Source of the DNA: Minisyncoccia bacterium
Lineage (GTDB): Bacteria; Patescibacteriota; Minisyncoccia; Phycocordibacterales; Phycocordibacteraceae
Assembly (NCBI GenBank): GCA_049298935.1
Contig: JBAQWN010000031.1
Span: 1 to 34,160 of the forward strand
DNA length: 34,160 bases
Direction: 5' to 3'
Below the pieces are notes generated by a model, which made no database searches, was not told the origin of the DNA, and worked only from the letters and a program-made list of their open reading frames with translations. Positions 15,747-24,738 of the stretch are shown piece after piece. Position 1 is the first letter of the stretch. Each line of letters begins with the position of its first letter. Position numbers and translations under genes: made by a program.

Positions 15747-17018
15747 ATGTCAAAACGCGTTGAGCCAGAGATCGAGACATTTGCACGCATCCGTGTCGTT
15801 GGTGTTGGTGGTTCAGGAAAGAACGCTATTAACCACATGATCTCGTCGAAGGTGCGTGGCGTTGAGTTCGTCGCTATCAACTCTGACGCACAAGACCTCC
15901 ACCGCTCCCTCGCGAAGCGCAAAATCCATATCGGAAAGAATCTCACTCGTGGACTCGGCACCGGAATGAACCCTGAGCTCGGCAAGCGCGCGGCTGAAGA
16001 GACTCGTCAAGAGATCCAAGAAGCACTCACCGGAAGCGACATGGTCTTTATCACCTGTGGTATGGGTGGCGGTACGGGCACAGGCGCATCAGCAGTTGTC
16101 GCAAAAATCGCAAAAGAAATCGGCGCTCTCGTCATAGCAATCGTGACCAAGCCATTTGCCTTTGAGGGTGCCCAGCGCAAAGAGATCGCTGAGCGAGGTC
16201 TCGCTGAACTCAAGAAAGAAGTAGACGCTTTTATCGTCATCCCTAATGACAAACTTCTTGCGGTCGTCGATTTAAATACATCCGCACGAAGCGCCTTCGC
16301 TATGTGTGATGAGATACTGCGCCAAGCCGTCGAGGGTGTCTCAGACATCATCACGACACCAGGTGACATCAACACTGACTTCAACGACATCAAGGCGATT
16401 ATGGAAGGTGCTGGCCCTGCCCTTATGGGTATCGGTATTGCTGATGGCGACGATCGAGCGGCCGTCGCGGCGAAACAAGCAGTCAATTCCCCACTGCTCG
16501 ATGTGTCTATCAGTGGTGCAAAGGGTATTCTCTTCGTCGTCGCGAGCTCCGATGAGCTCGGTATCATGGAAGTGCAGGAAGCGGCAAAGGTTATCAACGA
16601 ATCCGTCGACAAGAATGCGCGAATTATCTTCGGTATGATGCGCGACGAGAAGCTCAAGAAGGGTCATATTCGCATCATCGTTATCGCTACTGGCTTCCCT
16701 GAAAGCGCCTCTCACGCTTCACATACAGGACCAGAACGATCCCTCTTTGCCCTACCGGTCGAGAGACGCGAAGAAGAGCGTAATCGTATTTATCATGAAG
16801 TCCTCAAGCGCGATGTAAAGGAAGAAGAAGTGAAAGTAAAAAATGAAGTGAAGACTCTATCCGTTACCGCAGAACGAGAGAAGCCGGTGATACATATCGC
16901 AAAAGAAGAACCTGTCGTCACCGCCTTACCCCACAAGCGCGATGAAGTAACTCCTATTCCTGAAGATGACGAGGCGTGGGGTGCTATTCCTTCTTTCCTG
17001 CGAAGACACAAAAAGTAA
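15747..17018 (+). CDS. ftsZ: cell division GTPase FtsZ
   Basis: IRVVGVGGSGKNAINHM and the tubulin signature GMGGGTGTGA. Long charged linker and C-terminal peptide (AIPSFLRR). Confidence 0.97.
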   Translation: MSKRVEPEIETFARIRVVGVGGSGKNAINHMISSKVRGVEFVAINSDAQDLHRSLAKRKIHIGKNLTRGLGTGMNPELGKRAAEETRQEIQEALTGSDMVFITCGMGGGTGTGASAVVAKIAKEIGALVIAIVTKPFAFEGAQRKEIAERGLAELKKEVDAFIVIPNDKLLAVVDLNTSARSAFAMCDEILRQAVEGVSDIITTPGDINTDFNDIKAIMEGAGPALMGIGIADGDDRAAVAAKQAVNSPLLDVSISGAKGILFVVASSDELGIMEVQEAAKVINESVDKNARIIFGMMRDEKLKKGHIRIIVIATGFPESASHASHTGPERSLFALPVERREEERNRIYHEVLKRDVKEEEVKVKNEVKTLSVTAEREKPVIHIAKEEPVVTALPHKRDEVTPIPEDDEAWGAIPSFLRRHKK

Positions 17019-17029
17019 CAGAGGAAACG

Positions 17030-17056
17030 CGGCGCCGAGGGCGCGCCGAGATTTTT
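17030..17056 (+). terminator. possible intrinsic terminator after ftsZ
   Basis: CGGCGC / GCGCCG 6-bp GC stem (17030-17048) followed by AGATTTTT. Confidence 0.4.
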
Positions 17057-17131
17057 AACGAGCGAAGCGACTATAAAAATCCAAGTGTACTTGTGCTCAA
17101 GGTGCCCGCGTTCTGTTATACTACTTTCACT

Positions 17132-18055
17132 ATGCTCGATTTAATAATTATCGGTGGCGGACCTGCCGGAGTAGCCACAGGCATTTATGCAGCACGCAAA
17201 CAATTAAAAACAGCGCTTATCGCCGAAGAGATCGGCGGACAATCAACCGTCTCAGAAGGTATCGAGAATTGGGTCGGCTCGGTGAAAATCAGTGGTGCCG
17301 ATCTAGCCAAATCATTTCGCGCGCATCTCGACGCCGTAAAGGGTGACTCCGTGACACTCGAGCTCGGCGAGCGTGTCGTATCACTCGTGAAAACTGGCGA
17401 CAGCTTTTCTGCAAAGACAAAGAGCGGCAAAGAATTTACCGCAAAGGCCGTACTCATCGCTTCAGGCGCAGGGCGACGCAAACTTTCTGTCCCTGGTGCT
17501 GATACCTTTGAGAACAAGGGTGTCACCTACTGTGCCTCGTGTGACGGCCCTCTCTTCTCAGGTATGGACGTTGCGGTCATTGGCGGGGGCAATGCCGGCT
17601 TTGAGACAGCACTCCAGCTCCTCGCCTACGCAAAGTCAGTCACTCTTATCCATCGGCACGCTGATTTTAAGGCAGACGAAGTAACGGTCGCAAAGGCGCG
17701 TATGCACCCAAATATGCATATCATCACGCACGCAGAGCTCACCGAGATAAAGGGCAGTCAATTTGTCACCGGCCTCGCCTATCTCGACAAAGATACGAAT
17801 GAAGTAAAAGAGATTTCTGTCTCCGGCGTTTTCGTCGAGATGGGAGTCCTCCCAAACACTGATTTTGCAAAAGACATTGTCACTCTTAATCCCTCAGAAC
17901 ACATCATCGCCGATCCACGTTCCCAGCGCACAAGCGTCGAAGGCATTTGGGCAGCTGGCGACTGTACTGACGAGCTCTATCACCAGAACAACATCGCCGC
18001 GGGCGACGGCTGTAAAGCGATCGAAGACCTCTACCTTTGGCTCAAAAAGCGATAA
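17132..18055 (+). CDS. trxB: thioredoxin-disulfide reductase
   Basis: Start at the ATG at 17132 (MLDLIIIGGGPAGVATGIYAARK, FAD GxGxxG). Redox-active CASCDG, NADPH site VIGGGNAGFE, and GIWAAGDC. Confidence 0.9.
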   Translation: MLDLIIIGGGPAGVATGIYAARKQLKTALIAEEIGGQSTVSEGIENWVGSVKISGADLAKSFRAHLDAVKGDSVTLELGERVVSLVKTGDSFSAKTKSGKEFTAKAVLIASGAGRRKLSVPGADTFENKGVTYCASCDGPLFSGMDVAVIGGGNAGFETALQLLAYAKSVTLIHRHADFKADEVTVAKARMHPNMHIITHAELTEIKGSQFVTGLAYLDKDTNEVKEISVSGVFVEMGVLPNTDFAKDIVTLNPSEHIIADPRSQRTSVEGIWAAGDCTDELYHQNNIAAGDGCKAIEDLYLWLKKR

Positions 18056-18064
18056 TCGTATCGC

Positions 18065-18799
18065 ATGTCGAATGCACCCATCATCTCAATAATCATCCCG
18101 ACACTCAGAGAGGGTGCGTTTCTAGAACGTACATTAAAAAACTTTGAGACACTCAGGATGCCTCACGAGATTATTATTGCTGACGGCGGGAGTACTGATG
18201 AGACACTTGATATTGCACGCCGTTATACCGACAAGATTGTCGTCTGGGACAAGTCGCACCGGCAGACATTCGGCGAAGCAAAGAACGCTGGTGCCGCACT
18301 CGCTACGGGAACATACTTAGTATTTATCGACGCAGACGTGATTGTCCCCGACCCTCAAGTATTTTTTGAGAAAATGATCTCGACATTCAACGTAAATGCA
18401 AAACTCGCCGGACTTACCGTACCACTCAAACCATGGCCAGAAAATAACTCTCTGGCGGACGCTTTTTTCAGTGCACCACTCAATTGGTTTATGATTATTT
18501 CAAATAACGCGCTCCGAGTAGGAACTTCTTCTGGAGAATTTCAAATGATTCGTGCCGATGATTTCAAAAAATCTGGCGGATTTAGCGAACATCTTGCCGC
18601 AGGAGAAGACAACGATATGTTCCGCCGCCTCGCGACACAGGGCCGGACATTGTCTTATTGGAGACTGAACGTACGACACTCTCTACGGCGCGCTCACAAG
18701 CTCGGATGGCTCCGTCTCTATGGTATCTGGATCAAGAACGGTCTCTCAGTGATGCTCCGCGGCAAAGCCGCCTACAAAGAATGGTCAGTGGTGAGATAA
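18065..18799 (+). CDS. family 2 glycosyltransferase
   Basis: ISIIIPTLREG...IIIADGGSTDETL...FIDAD (DxD) is the typical GT-A/GT2 N-terminal domain. Confidence 0.8.
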   Translation: MSNAPIISIIIPTLREGAFLERTLKNFETLRMPHEIIIADGGSTDETLDIARRYTDKIVVWDKSHRQTFGEAKNAGAALATGTYLVFIDADVIVPDPQVFFEKMISTFNVNAKLAGLTVPLKPWPENNSLADAFFSAPLNWFMIISNNALRVGTSSGEFQMIRADDFKKSGGFSEHLAAGEDNDMFRRLATQGRTLSYWRLNVRHSLRRAHKLGWLRLYGIWIKNGLSVMLRGKAAYKEWSVVR

Positions 18800-18801
18800 G
18801 T

Positions 18802-19806
18802 CTAGACAGAAAACACATTTTTGATAAACACCTCGACTGAATGTTCCCAGCCATATTGCTCGGCTTTTGCTCGACAAGCGTCGCGCGAGAGATCGAGACA
18901 CTTGAGAGCCGCTTCTTGAAGATTTTCACTCAGATAACCATCTTTCCCCTCGGTAATAACATCACAGGGGCCCATGACGTCGTGAGCAGCAACAGGAACG
19001 CCACAGGCGAGAGCCTCAAGCGCGACGAGCCCAAAAGTCTCAGTCATCGACGGGAAAACGAAGACGTCAGTAAGTGAGAGCCAATCGACAAGTTCTTGCC
19101 CACGTTTATAACCGACAAACTTATTTTCTTTTCCATATTTCCTTTCAAGACTCACCCGAGATGGCCCATCACCTATCACCAGCTTCGTGCCAGGGAGTTT
19201 AAGTTTTAAAAATTCTTCTGGACTTTTTTCTGGTGCAATACGGCTAAAATAAGCAAAGACCGGCTTCGGCAGAGGTGGTAAAGGAGGATTCGGATTGCGA
19301 ACGAAAAGTTTTGTATCGACACCGAGCGGCATGATGACCAAGTTCTTAAAACCAGTCGACTCGAGCTCCCTTTTCAAACTCATAGTAGAAACCATCGTCA
19401 CTGTTGCAACAGAATGGAATCGCCGTATATACGCATATACAGGGCGCATAAAACCGCGAAGACGCATATCGACATATAGCTGAAGATGCGTGTGATACCA
19501 CGAGACAAAGGGTATATTGCGTTGCAAACACACTGAGCGCGCCGCCCACCCAAGAGGACCTTCGGTCACAAGACATACAGCATCGGGCTGTAATTCTTTA
19601 ATAACCTTCGCGATCCTGCGACGCGGAAAAAGAGCGAGACGAATCTCTGGGTAGAACAGAAGCGGTATCGTTTTGAATTGCCCCGGCTCAATAACCACGA
19701 CCTCGTAACCACGCACGGCAAGAAGCGGTATAAGCGCACTCAATACACGAACAACCCCATTGACCTGAGGCGACCACACGTCGGTGACCAACAACAGCTT
19801 CTTCAT
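18802..19806 (-). CDS. GT-B glycosyltransferase (family 4/group 1)
   Basis: MKKLLLVTDVWSPQVNGVV N-terminus. C-terminal EX7E-like region VFVFPSMTETFGLVALEALACGVPV. Confidence 0.8.
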   Translation of the reverse strand: MKKLLLVTDVWSPQVNGVVRVLSALIPLLAVRGYEVVVIEPGQFKTIPLLFYPEIRLALFPRRRIAKVIKELQPDAVCLVTEGPLGWAARSVCLQRNIPFVSWYHTHLQLYVDMRLRGFMRPVYAYIRRFHSVATVTMVSTMSLKRELESTGFKNLVIMPLGVDTKLFVRNPNPPLPPLPKPVFAYFSRIAPEKSPEEFLKLKLPGTKLVIGDGPSRVSLERKYGKENKFVGYKRGQELVDWLSLTDVFVFPSMTETFGLVALEALACGVPVAAHDVMGPCDVITEGKDGYLSENLQEAALKCLDLSRDACRAKAEQYGWEHSVEVFIKNVFSV

Positions 19807-20420
19807 ACGGGCATGTCTTCTATTTTTTTATCAGTCGTGAGGAACTTTTTACGCATGTACAAACTCATCACATAATATACAGAGATTGCGACGGCAACGA
19901 ATGCAATAGTATATTGTATATTGTTAATCATCCGCACTGCACTCCCCCCGAGTGACGCTCCTAAGAAGTACCCTGCGAGAAGAAGGGTGCCATATTGAAG
20001 AATGGCAACACATATGCCGTATGTAAGAAAAGAACGGAAGGGCATCTTGACCATCCCCGCGACCACGATAAACGCCGCCGCGATACCATAAGAAAGTTTC
20101 CCAATAAACATCGTCGTCCCGGGACGCTCCGCCCACAAAATGCGCACCCGACCAAGATGATCGTCGGTGATGCCAATTTTCGCAAGCATGCGCTCAGCAA
20201 AGGCGGTACGGCCGCCGAAATAGCCAATAGAGTAATACACACAGTCGAGCCCGACATCACGGACAAAAAAGAGTATGGCGAGAAGGTATACATTGAAAAG
20301 ACCAGCCGAAGCGAGCGTACCTGCGACAAGGGCGACGATAGGCCCTTCAATAAAGGTAAGAGGAATAAGTATCCAATAGCGATACTGGAGAACAAGCTGG
20401 GTTATAAAATCGAGCGACAT
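19803..20420 (-). CDS. DedA/SNARE-associated family membrane protein
   Basis: YWILIPLTFIEGPIVALVAGTLA and GR...RILWAERPGTTMFIGKLSYG fit DedA. ATG at 20420 is preferred to GTG at 20426. The stop overlaps the GT4 start (ATGA). Confidence 0.8.
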   Translation of the reverse strand: MSLDFITQLVLQYRYWILIPLTFIEGPIVALVAGTLASAGLFNVYLLAILFFVRDVGLDCVYYSIGYFGGRTAFAERMLAKIGITDDHLGRVRILWAERPGTTMFIGKLSYGIAAAFIVVAGMVKMPFRSFLTYGICVAILQYGTLLLAGYFLGASLGGSAVRMINNIQYTIAFVAVAISVYYVMSLYMRKKFLTTDKKIEDMPV

Positions 20421-20453
20421 TATCACCAGCTTACCACTTCACCAAGACCCTTG

Positions 20454-20540
20454 CGGAGGCGGGAGGATTCGAACCTCCGATACCCTTTCGAGCATACTAG
20501 TTTTCGAAACTAGCGCATTCGACCACTCTGCCACGCCTCC
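20454..20540 (-). tRNA. tRNA-Ser (anticodon CGA), type II with long variable arm
   Basis: The reverse complement folds as: acceptor GGAGGCG/CGCCTCC; anticodon stem CTAGT/ACTAG with loop TTCGAAA; 6-bp variable arm with a GAAA loop; T arm GGAGG-TTCGAAT-CCTCC; discriminator G. No encoded CCA. Confidence 0.9.
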
Positions 20541-20592
20541 AATACTGACTATCCTAGCATTTCAGCGTGAAAATGATAAGGTTTACATAACG

Positions 20593-20612
20593 CCTGCCTG
20601 CCGGCAGGCAGG
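20593..20612. repeat. perfect 20-bp GC-rich palindrome abutting the tRNA-Glu 5' end
   Basis: CCTGCCTGCC|GGCAGGCAGG. The last base is position +1 of tRNA-Glu. Confidence 0.9.
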
Positions 20613-20683
20613 GCCCTATCGTCTAACGGTTAGGACAGCGCCCTTTCACGGCGTAAATCGGGGTTCGATTCCCCGTGGGGTCA
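20612..20683 (+). tRNA. tRNA-Glu (anticodon UUC)
   Basis: Acceptor GGCCCTA/TGGGGTC (two G-U pairs); anticodon stem GCGCC/GGCGT with loop CTTTCAC; T arm CGGGG-TTCGATT-CCCCG; discriminator A. No encoded CCA. Confidence 0.88.
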
Positions 20684-20690
20684 CAAAGGC

Positions 20691-20719
20691 AAAAACTCTG
20701 CACTGCTGCAGAGTTTTTT
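20691..20719 (+). terminator. intrinsic terminator after tRNA-Glu
   Basis: AAAAA-CTCTGCA-ctgc-TGCAGAG-TTTTTT: perfect 7-bp stem, extendable by A/T pairs, followed by a T6 run. Confidence 0.75.
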
Positions 20720-20886
20720 GCACTTTGTGATCGCGGAACGATGTTTTTCTTCCGAGAAAAACCGTGAGCGGGGGTCGAGAATGCTTAGCGGATTGCGAAT
20801 ACGTGGAGCAATCCGGTTAGCAATTCGTGACACAAAAGCGGAGTTGAAAGTTTCGATAAGCGTACTCGTGGTTCCCTGTGGGGTGC

Positions 20887-20916
20887 TTGACAGATAGTAT
20901 ATGCATGTGCTAGACT
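20887..20916 (+). promoter_or_regulatory. sigma70-like promoter with extended -10 for the orphan gene at 20989
   Basis: TTGACA (20887-20892), 18-nt spacer, TGcTAGACT (20908-20916). GAAGAAGGGG SD lies 5-15 nt before the ATG at 20989. Confidence 0.45.
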
Positions 20917-20988
20917 GCATACAGTATATTGTTCCTTGTTATCTGGCAACAATCTTGTTGCTTAACTCTAAATGAAGAAGGGGAAATT

Positions 20989-21612
20989 ATGGAAGACAGA
21001 GAAATGCCAAACATGATGGCATTATGTTTGATCATCTGCACGACAGCCCTCTCAGGGCTCAGCGGAAATGCGATGTACATGGCATTTGGGATTCCGGCGG
21101 GAATATTGGTCTACCTATGGCTTGATTTAAAGATCATTCTCAAGAATCTCGATCTGGCGCGCATGGACAGGAAGGACGAAGTATCCGCCTTCTTCTCTGG
21201 AAAGACATGGGGCCGGTATGACCGCCATTTCCCAACTAATCTATACTGGAAAACGGTAAGAGCCGTCATGATGGTATGGATGACAGTTGGAGCGTCCCTG
21301 GCCATGATAGCCTTCTCATGTAACTTAATCATGGACATCATGGTCGAGCACAGCATTGTGTATAGGGTACTGTTCGTACTCAATGTAGCGAGCACCACTG
21401 TATCAATTATCTCAATCACCATTGCGGCATTCACTCCCCACCTCCTCATAAAGAAGGCCGGGGTGGAAGACTACAGAAACTTTCTGAAGGGCGAAGCCAG
21501 ACTCGGCCGAATCCTCCAAAACTGTAACTTGGCTGACTTTTTATCAACGATCATCAGACCTTTCTGGCGTAAGAGTGACGAGCTTACGGCAGATAACAAT
21601 CTGGTGAGGTAA
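20989..21612 (+). CDS. hypothetical polytopic membrane protein (orphan, tRNA-adjacent)
   Basis: Start placed at ATG 20989 with an SD; the track start at 20929 is TTG. About five hydrophobic segments. No recognisable family. AGA/AGG, TTA and CTA codons are used, unlike neighbouring core genes. Confidence 0.6.
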   Translation: MEDREMPNMMALCLIICTTALSGLSGNAMYMAFGIPAGILVYLWLDLKIILKNLDLARMDRKDEVSAFFSGKTWGRYDRHFPTNLYWKTVRAVMMVWMTVGASLAMIAFSCNLIMDIMVEHSIVYRVLFVLNVASTTVSIISITIAAFTPHLLIKKAGVEDYRNFLKGEARLGRILQNCNLADFLSTIIRPFWRKSDELTADNNLVR

Positions 21613-21625
21613 AAGCCCCCTAAGA

Positions 21626-21681
21626 CCGTGCGGTTCTTGTTAGCAATCAAATTGCTGATAAAGAACCGCACGGCTTTTTTT
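21626..21681. terminator. long compound hairpin terminator between the orphan gene and convergent murF
   Basis: 13-bp stem CCGTGCGGTTCTT / AAGAACCGCACGG enclosing an inner AGCAAT-caa-ATTGCT hairpin, followed by C-TTTTTTT (21675-21681). Confidence 0.75.
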
Positions 21682-21683
21682 AT

Positions 21684-22994
21684 TTATCCAACAAACGCAG
21701 GCTTGCGTGAAGGTATCAGAGATCTCTTCTTCCACTCTCTCTCTTGCCTCACAAGACGCGAAGCGTCGGCAGGGTCAGCAAGAAGTTCTTTTACAATATG
21801 TTCCGTGCGGATTGACTGAGAACCTTTTATCAAGACGACATCTCCTGGGCGGACCAGATCAATAAGCGCTTGTGCCGCTTCGCGCGCATTATCAAATAGA
21901 ATAACTTCAGCACCCCCCTCTGCCAGAGCAAAAGCACGAGTACGGATACCGACAGCAACGACAATGTCAGCAGAATCACGAGCAAGGATACCCATACGCT
22001 CATGTTCGGCTACTGAGTAGCGTCCGAGTTCAAGCATGTCACCCAGAACTGCGATACGCCTGCCTGACGCATGCGGAAACTTCTTCAATGTCGAGAGCGC
22101 TTTCTCGACCGCGACCGGTGAAGCATTGTAAGAATCATCAATGATAAGCGACCCATTCTTCCCTGCGAGCAAACGCCCGCGCCCAGGTGGCGGGTCATAG
22201 CTCTCAAGCGCCTCTATCGCGTCAGGAATCGATATGTCAAAGGCGAGCGCTACAGCAAGAGCAGCGGCGGCTGGTGAGATCTGAGTGCTCCCTACCGAAC
22301 CTTTCACCGAGAGATCTACTTGTTCATCGCCAACCGAAACATGAGCTTTCATACCTATAACCTTCCCTTCTGATTTATAAAAATCAATAGCGCTAACTCG
22401 TACCGTAGAATCTTTTGCAATGCCATAAGAAATAATGCGCGCAGGCGTGCGCGCCACCGCGTGCCGCGCATACGGATCATCAGCAGAGATAATAAGTGGT
22501 GCAGAAGGCGGAAGCGCATAGGCAGGAGAAAATTCTTCTTCTTGCACTGCTCCGGGAGATGTATATGCCTCAACGTGCACGGGTATCTCAGGCAATCGTG
22601 TCACGACAACAGCATCCGGCACGGCGATACGAAGGATTCGGGCAATATCGCCAGGGCGATCTGCTCCGACTTCGAGCACAAGCATATTCGGATACTGATT
22701 TGGCAACACAAGAAGAGCGATTGAACTCTTAATGAGCGCGAGCCACGCGATCGAATTGTGCCACGGATTCTCCACACCTAAAATCGTAAAGGGGACACCA
22801 AACTCACTATTAAAACTCTTTTCACTCTTCCTGACTAAAAAACGGGTGGCGAGTACAGCCGCAACCGCGTCCTTTGTTGAAGTCTTCCCTACCGAGCCAG
22901 TCACCATAACGATACGTGGGCGGTACCGACGTACAACCGCGCGTGCGAGGAGTGCAAGAACAAAGGCGACAATAGGTCTCAAAATGTTTTTCAT
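21684..22994 (-). CDS. murF: UDP-N-acetylmuramoyl-tripeptide--D-alanyl-D-alanine ligase
   Basis: Mur ligase P-loop VMVTGSVGKTSTKD, DDSYNASP, and GDMLELG near the C-terminus. Follows ftsI in the dcw block. Confidence 0.85.
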   Translation of the reverse strand: MKNILRPIVAFVLALLARAVVRRYRPRIVMVTGSVGKTSTKDAVAAVLATRFLVRKSEKSFNSEFGVPFTILGVENPWHNSIAWLALIKSSIALLVLPNQYPNMLVLEVGADRPGDIARILRIAVPDAVVVTRLPEIPVHVEAYTSPGAVQEEEFSPAYALPPSAPLIISADDPYARHAVARTPARIISYGIAKDSTVRVSAIDFYKSEGKVIGMKAHVSVGDEQVDLSVKGSVGSTQISPAAAALAVALAFDISIPDAIEALESYDPPPGRGRLLAGKNGSLIIDDSYNASPVAVEKALSTLKKFPHASGRRIAVLGDMLELGRYSVAEHERMGILARDSADIVVAVGIRTRAFALAEGGAEVILFDNAREAAQALIDLVRPGDVVLIKGSQSIRTEHIVKELLADPADASRLVRQEREWKKRSLIPSRKPAFVG

Positions 22995-24733
22995 AAGCTA
23001 GTTGCCGTAGAGGTCGAAAAGCCACGATCAGGCGGCACCTTGTAATAATCAATGAGGAAGTGCGTAAGGTCAAGGAAGGTTGAATCAAGCGTTTCTGAGG
23101 CATACTCAACATGCTTTGGATCATTGGTATATAGCAAGATAATGAAGCGTGGATTATAGGAGGGGAAAAATCCAACAAAAGAATGGAAAAAACGATTGTC
23201 ATAATACCCCCCATGCCCGTCTGTGAGCTGAGCTGTGCCTGTCTTTGCCGCAACAGACATGGTCGGTATTTTCGCCTTCCCATTTTCAAGCTTCACGTCG
23301 ACCATCTCAGTCATCATCTGTGCTGTCGCACGCGCCGCTTCAGCTGAAAAAACGGGTACCGTCTTGCTCCAATCGATCGGGCGCGTAATACCTGAGTCGA
23401 GCCTAATCGCACTCACCAGATGTGGCTCAACCATCACGCCGCCATTAGCGAGAGCGCCGAGTGCTCGAATCATTTGAACCGGAGTCAGAGCGATACCCTG
23501 ACCGAACGACATATTGTCAAAGTTTACCTGTTGTGTCGTCGAAAGATTACTTAGAAGTGCGCGTCCTTCATTTGGGAGATCGATACCTGTCTTCTGCCCA
23601 AACAGCGTAGTGAAATATGCGCGGAATTTTTCCTGACCAAGGAGTGTCGCGACCCACGCAGCGCCGACGTTTAGCGACTGCATGATGATCTGCTTCATAG
23701 GGACCACTCCGCGCGCTTTCAAATCCCAATTGCAGATAACTCTCGTATCGACCGTGATGCAACCAGTATCGTTATAAGTCGTCTGTGGAGTGATAGCACC
23801 AGCATCAAGCCCCGAGGCCATTGTGATTGGCTTCATAATAGAGCCGAACTCATGTACCGACTCAACAAGCGGATTCCCGAGCAAGACCGGATTAACGCTC
23901 TGCCTATTATTCCCGTCATAGGTCGGATACGTGGCAAAGGCGATAATAGCACCAGTCGCAGGGTCCATAATAATGCCACCCGACTCCTTACTCGAATACT
24001 TCTCATTTACTTTCGCAAGATCGTGTTCAAGACGTATCTGCACCTCTGGTTCAATAGTAGTCACAACAGAACCTTCGTGTGCATCTTTTGCATTTACGAG
24101 CAGATTTCCGACATTTGAAAAAAGCTCCGCAAAGAAATTTTTGTACAGGGAGTCTCCTGAGCGTGCGAGTGTACCATCATATTCCGCCTCGAGACCGGTC
24201 TGACCAATAAGAGTGTCTCCGGAACCATAAGAAACGATACCGATCGACTGAGCCGCAAGTGAACCCCCAGGATAATACCTCCACCTTTCGCGCAATACCT
24301 GGACACCCGGAATAGCGAGCGCAGAGAGTGATTGTCCACCCTCTTCAGTAACATGATGCGCAACCTCTATGTATACCTGACCTTTCTTCGCGGCCGCCGC
24401 GAGAAACGCGCTGTGAGATATTGTGGTCGAAGCGATTGAAGAAATCTTAGCGTATGCAGATTCTGGGTCCTGAATCGTTTGCGGATTTATCGCAATAAGG
24501 AAACCTGCCGCGAGCGTTGCAGCTGAAATTACGGTGCCATCTTTATGAGTAAAGTAGATCGCACCTCGGTCAAAGAGACCGCTCCCGCCAGAAGCAAATT
24601 GACGATCCGCTTTCTGCGCATAATATTGCCCATGAACAATCTGAACGAAATAAAGTCGAGTGAGGATAAGCAGGGCGGCAAGCACGATCAATACCAAGAC
24701 GATCCTGATACGAAAACGGAATCGTGCACGCAT
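22991..24733 (-). CDS. ftsI: class B penicillin-binding protein (division transpeptidase FtsI-type)
   Basis: N-terminal anchor. SxxK (GSIMKP), SxN (SLNVG) and KTGTA motifs. Located between the ftsL-like gene and murF. Confidence 0.85.
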   Translation of the reverse strand: MRARFRFRIRIVLVLIVLAALLILTRLYFVQIVHGQYYAQKADRQFASGGSGLFDRGAIYFTHKDGTVISAATLAAGFLIAINPQTIQDPESAYAKISSIASTTISHSAFLAAAAKKGQVYIEVAHHVTEEGGQSLSALAIPGVQVLRERWRYYPGGSLAAQSIGIVSYGSGDTLIGQTGLEAEYDGTLARSGDSLYKNFFAELFSNVGNLLVNAKDAHEGSVVTTIEPEVQIRLEHDLAKVNEKYSSKESGGIIMDPATGAIIAFATYPTYDGNNRQSVNPVLLGNPLVESVHEFGSIMKPITMASGLDAGAITPQTTYNDTGCITVDTRVICNWDLKARGVVPMKQIIMQSLNVGAAWVATLLGQEKFRAYFTTLFGQKTGIDLPNEGRALLSNLSTTQQVNFDNMSFGQGIALTPVQMIRALGALANGGVMVEPHLVSAIRLDSGITRPIDWSKTVPVFSAEAARATAQMMTEMVDVKLENGKAKIPTMSVAAKTGTAQLTDGHGGYYDNRFFHSFVGFFPSYNPRFIILLYTNDPKHVEYASETLDSTFLDLTHFLIDYYKVPPDRGFSTSTATSL

Positions 24734-24738
24734 ATGTC

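Noticed and set aside
16007-16657. 216-aa ORF antisense to ftsZ
   Set aside because: Shadow ORF inside an unambiguous, motif-complete ftsZ. The product is Ser/Ala/Ile-rich with no recognisable family. Long antisense frames are common opposite strongly codon-biased genes.
16976-17131. Upstream extensions of track ORFs (trxB 16976-17131; also rsmH 25979-26134, mraZ 26421-26516, pth 11885-12031, lepB 11989-12033)
   Set aside because: In each case an internal ATG reproduces the canonical family N-terminus (GxGxxG of TrxB, MFLGEY of MraZ, VGLGNPG of Pth). The extension runs across intergenic signals such as terminators, promoters or the 25-bp inverted repeat.
18797-18804. Convergent glycosyltransferase genes whose stop codons are only 2 bp apart, with no terminator
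   Set aside because: This is real but unremarkable in such a compact genome. Nothing in the sequence suggests antisense regulation beyond simple gene packing.
20720-20886. Possible small RNA in the ~170-nt non-coding stretch after the tRNA-Glu terminator (8-bp hairpin CGGATTGC/GCAATCCG at 20789-20815)
   Set aside because: There is no match to any RNA family I can recognise (SRP, 6S, tmRNA, RNase P or riboswitch cores) and no terminator of its own. It is more simply the upstream or promoter region of the orphan gene.
20681-20920. 79-aa minus-strand ORF
   Set aside because: It overlaps the 3' end of tRNA-Glu and its terminator hairpin. It has no start context and a low-complexity product.
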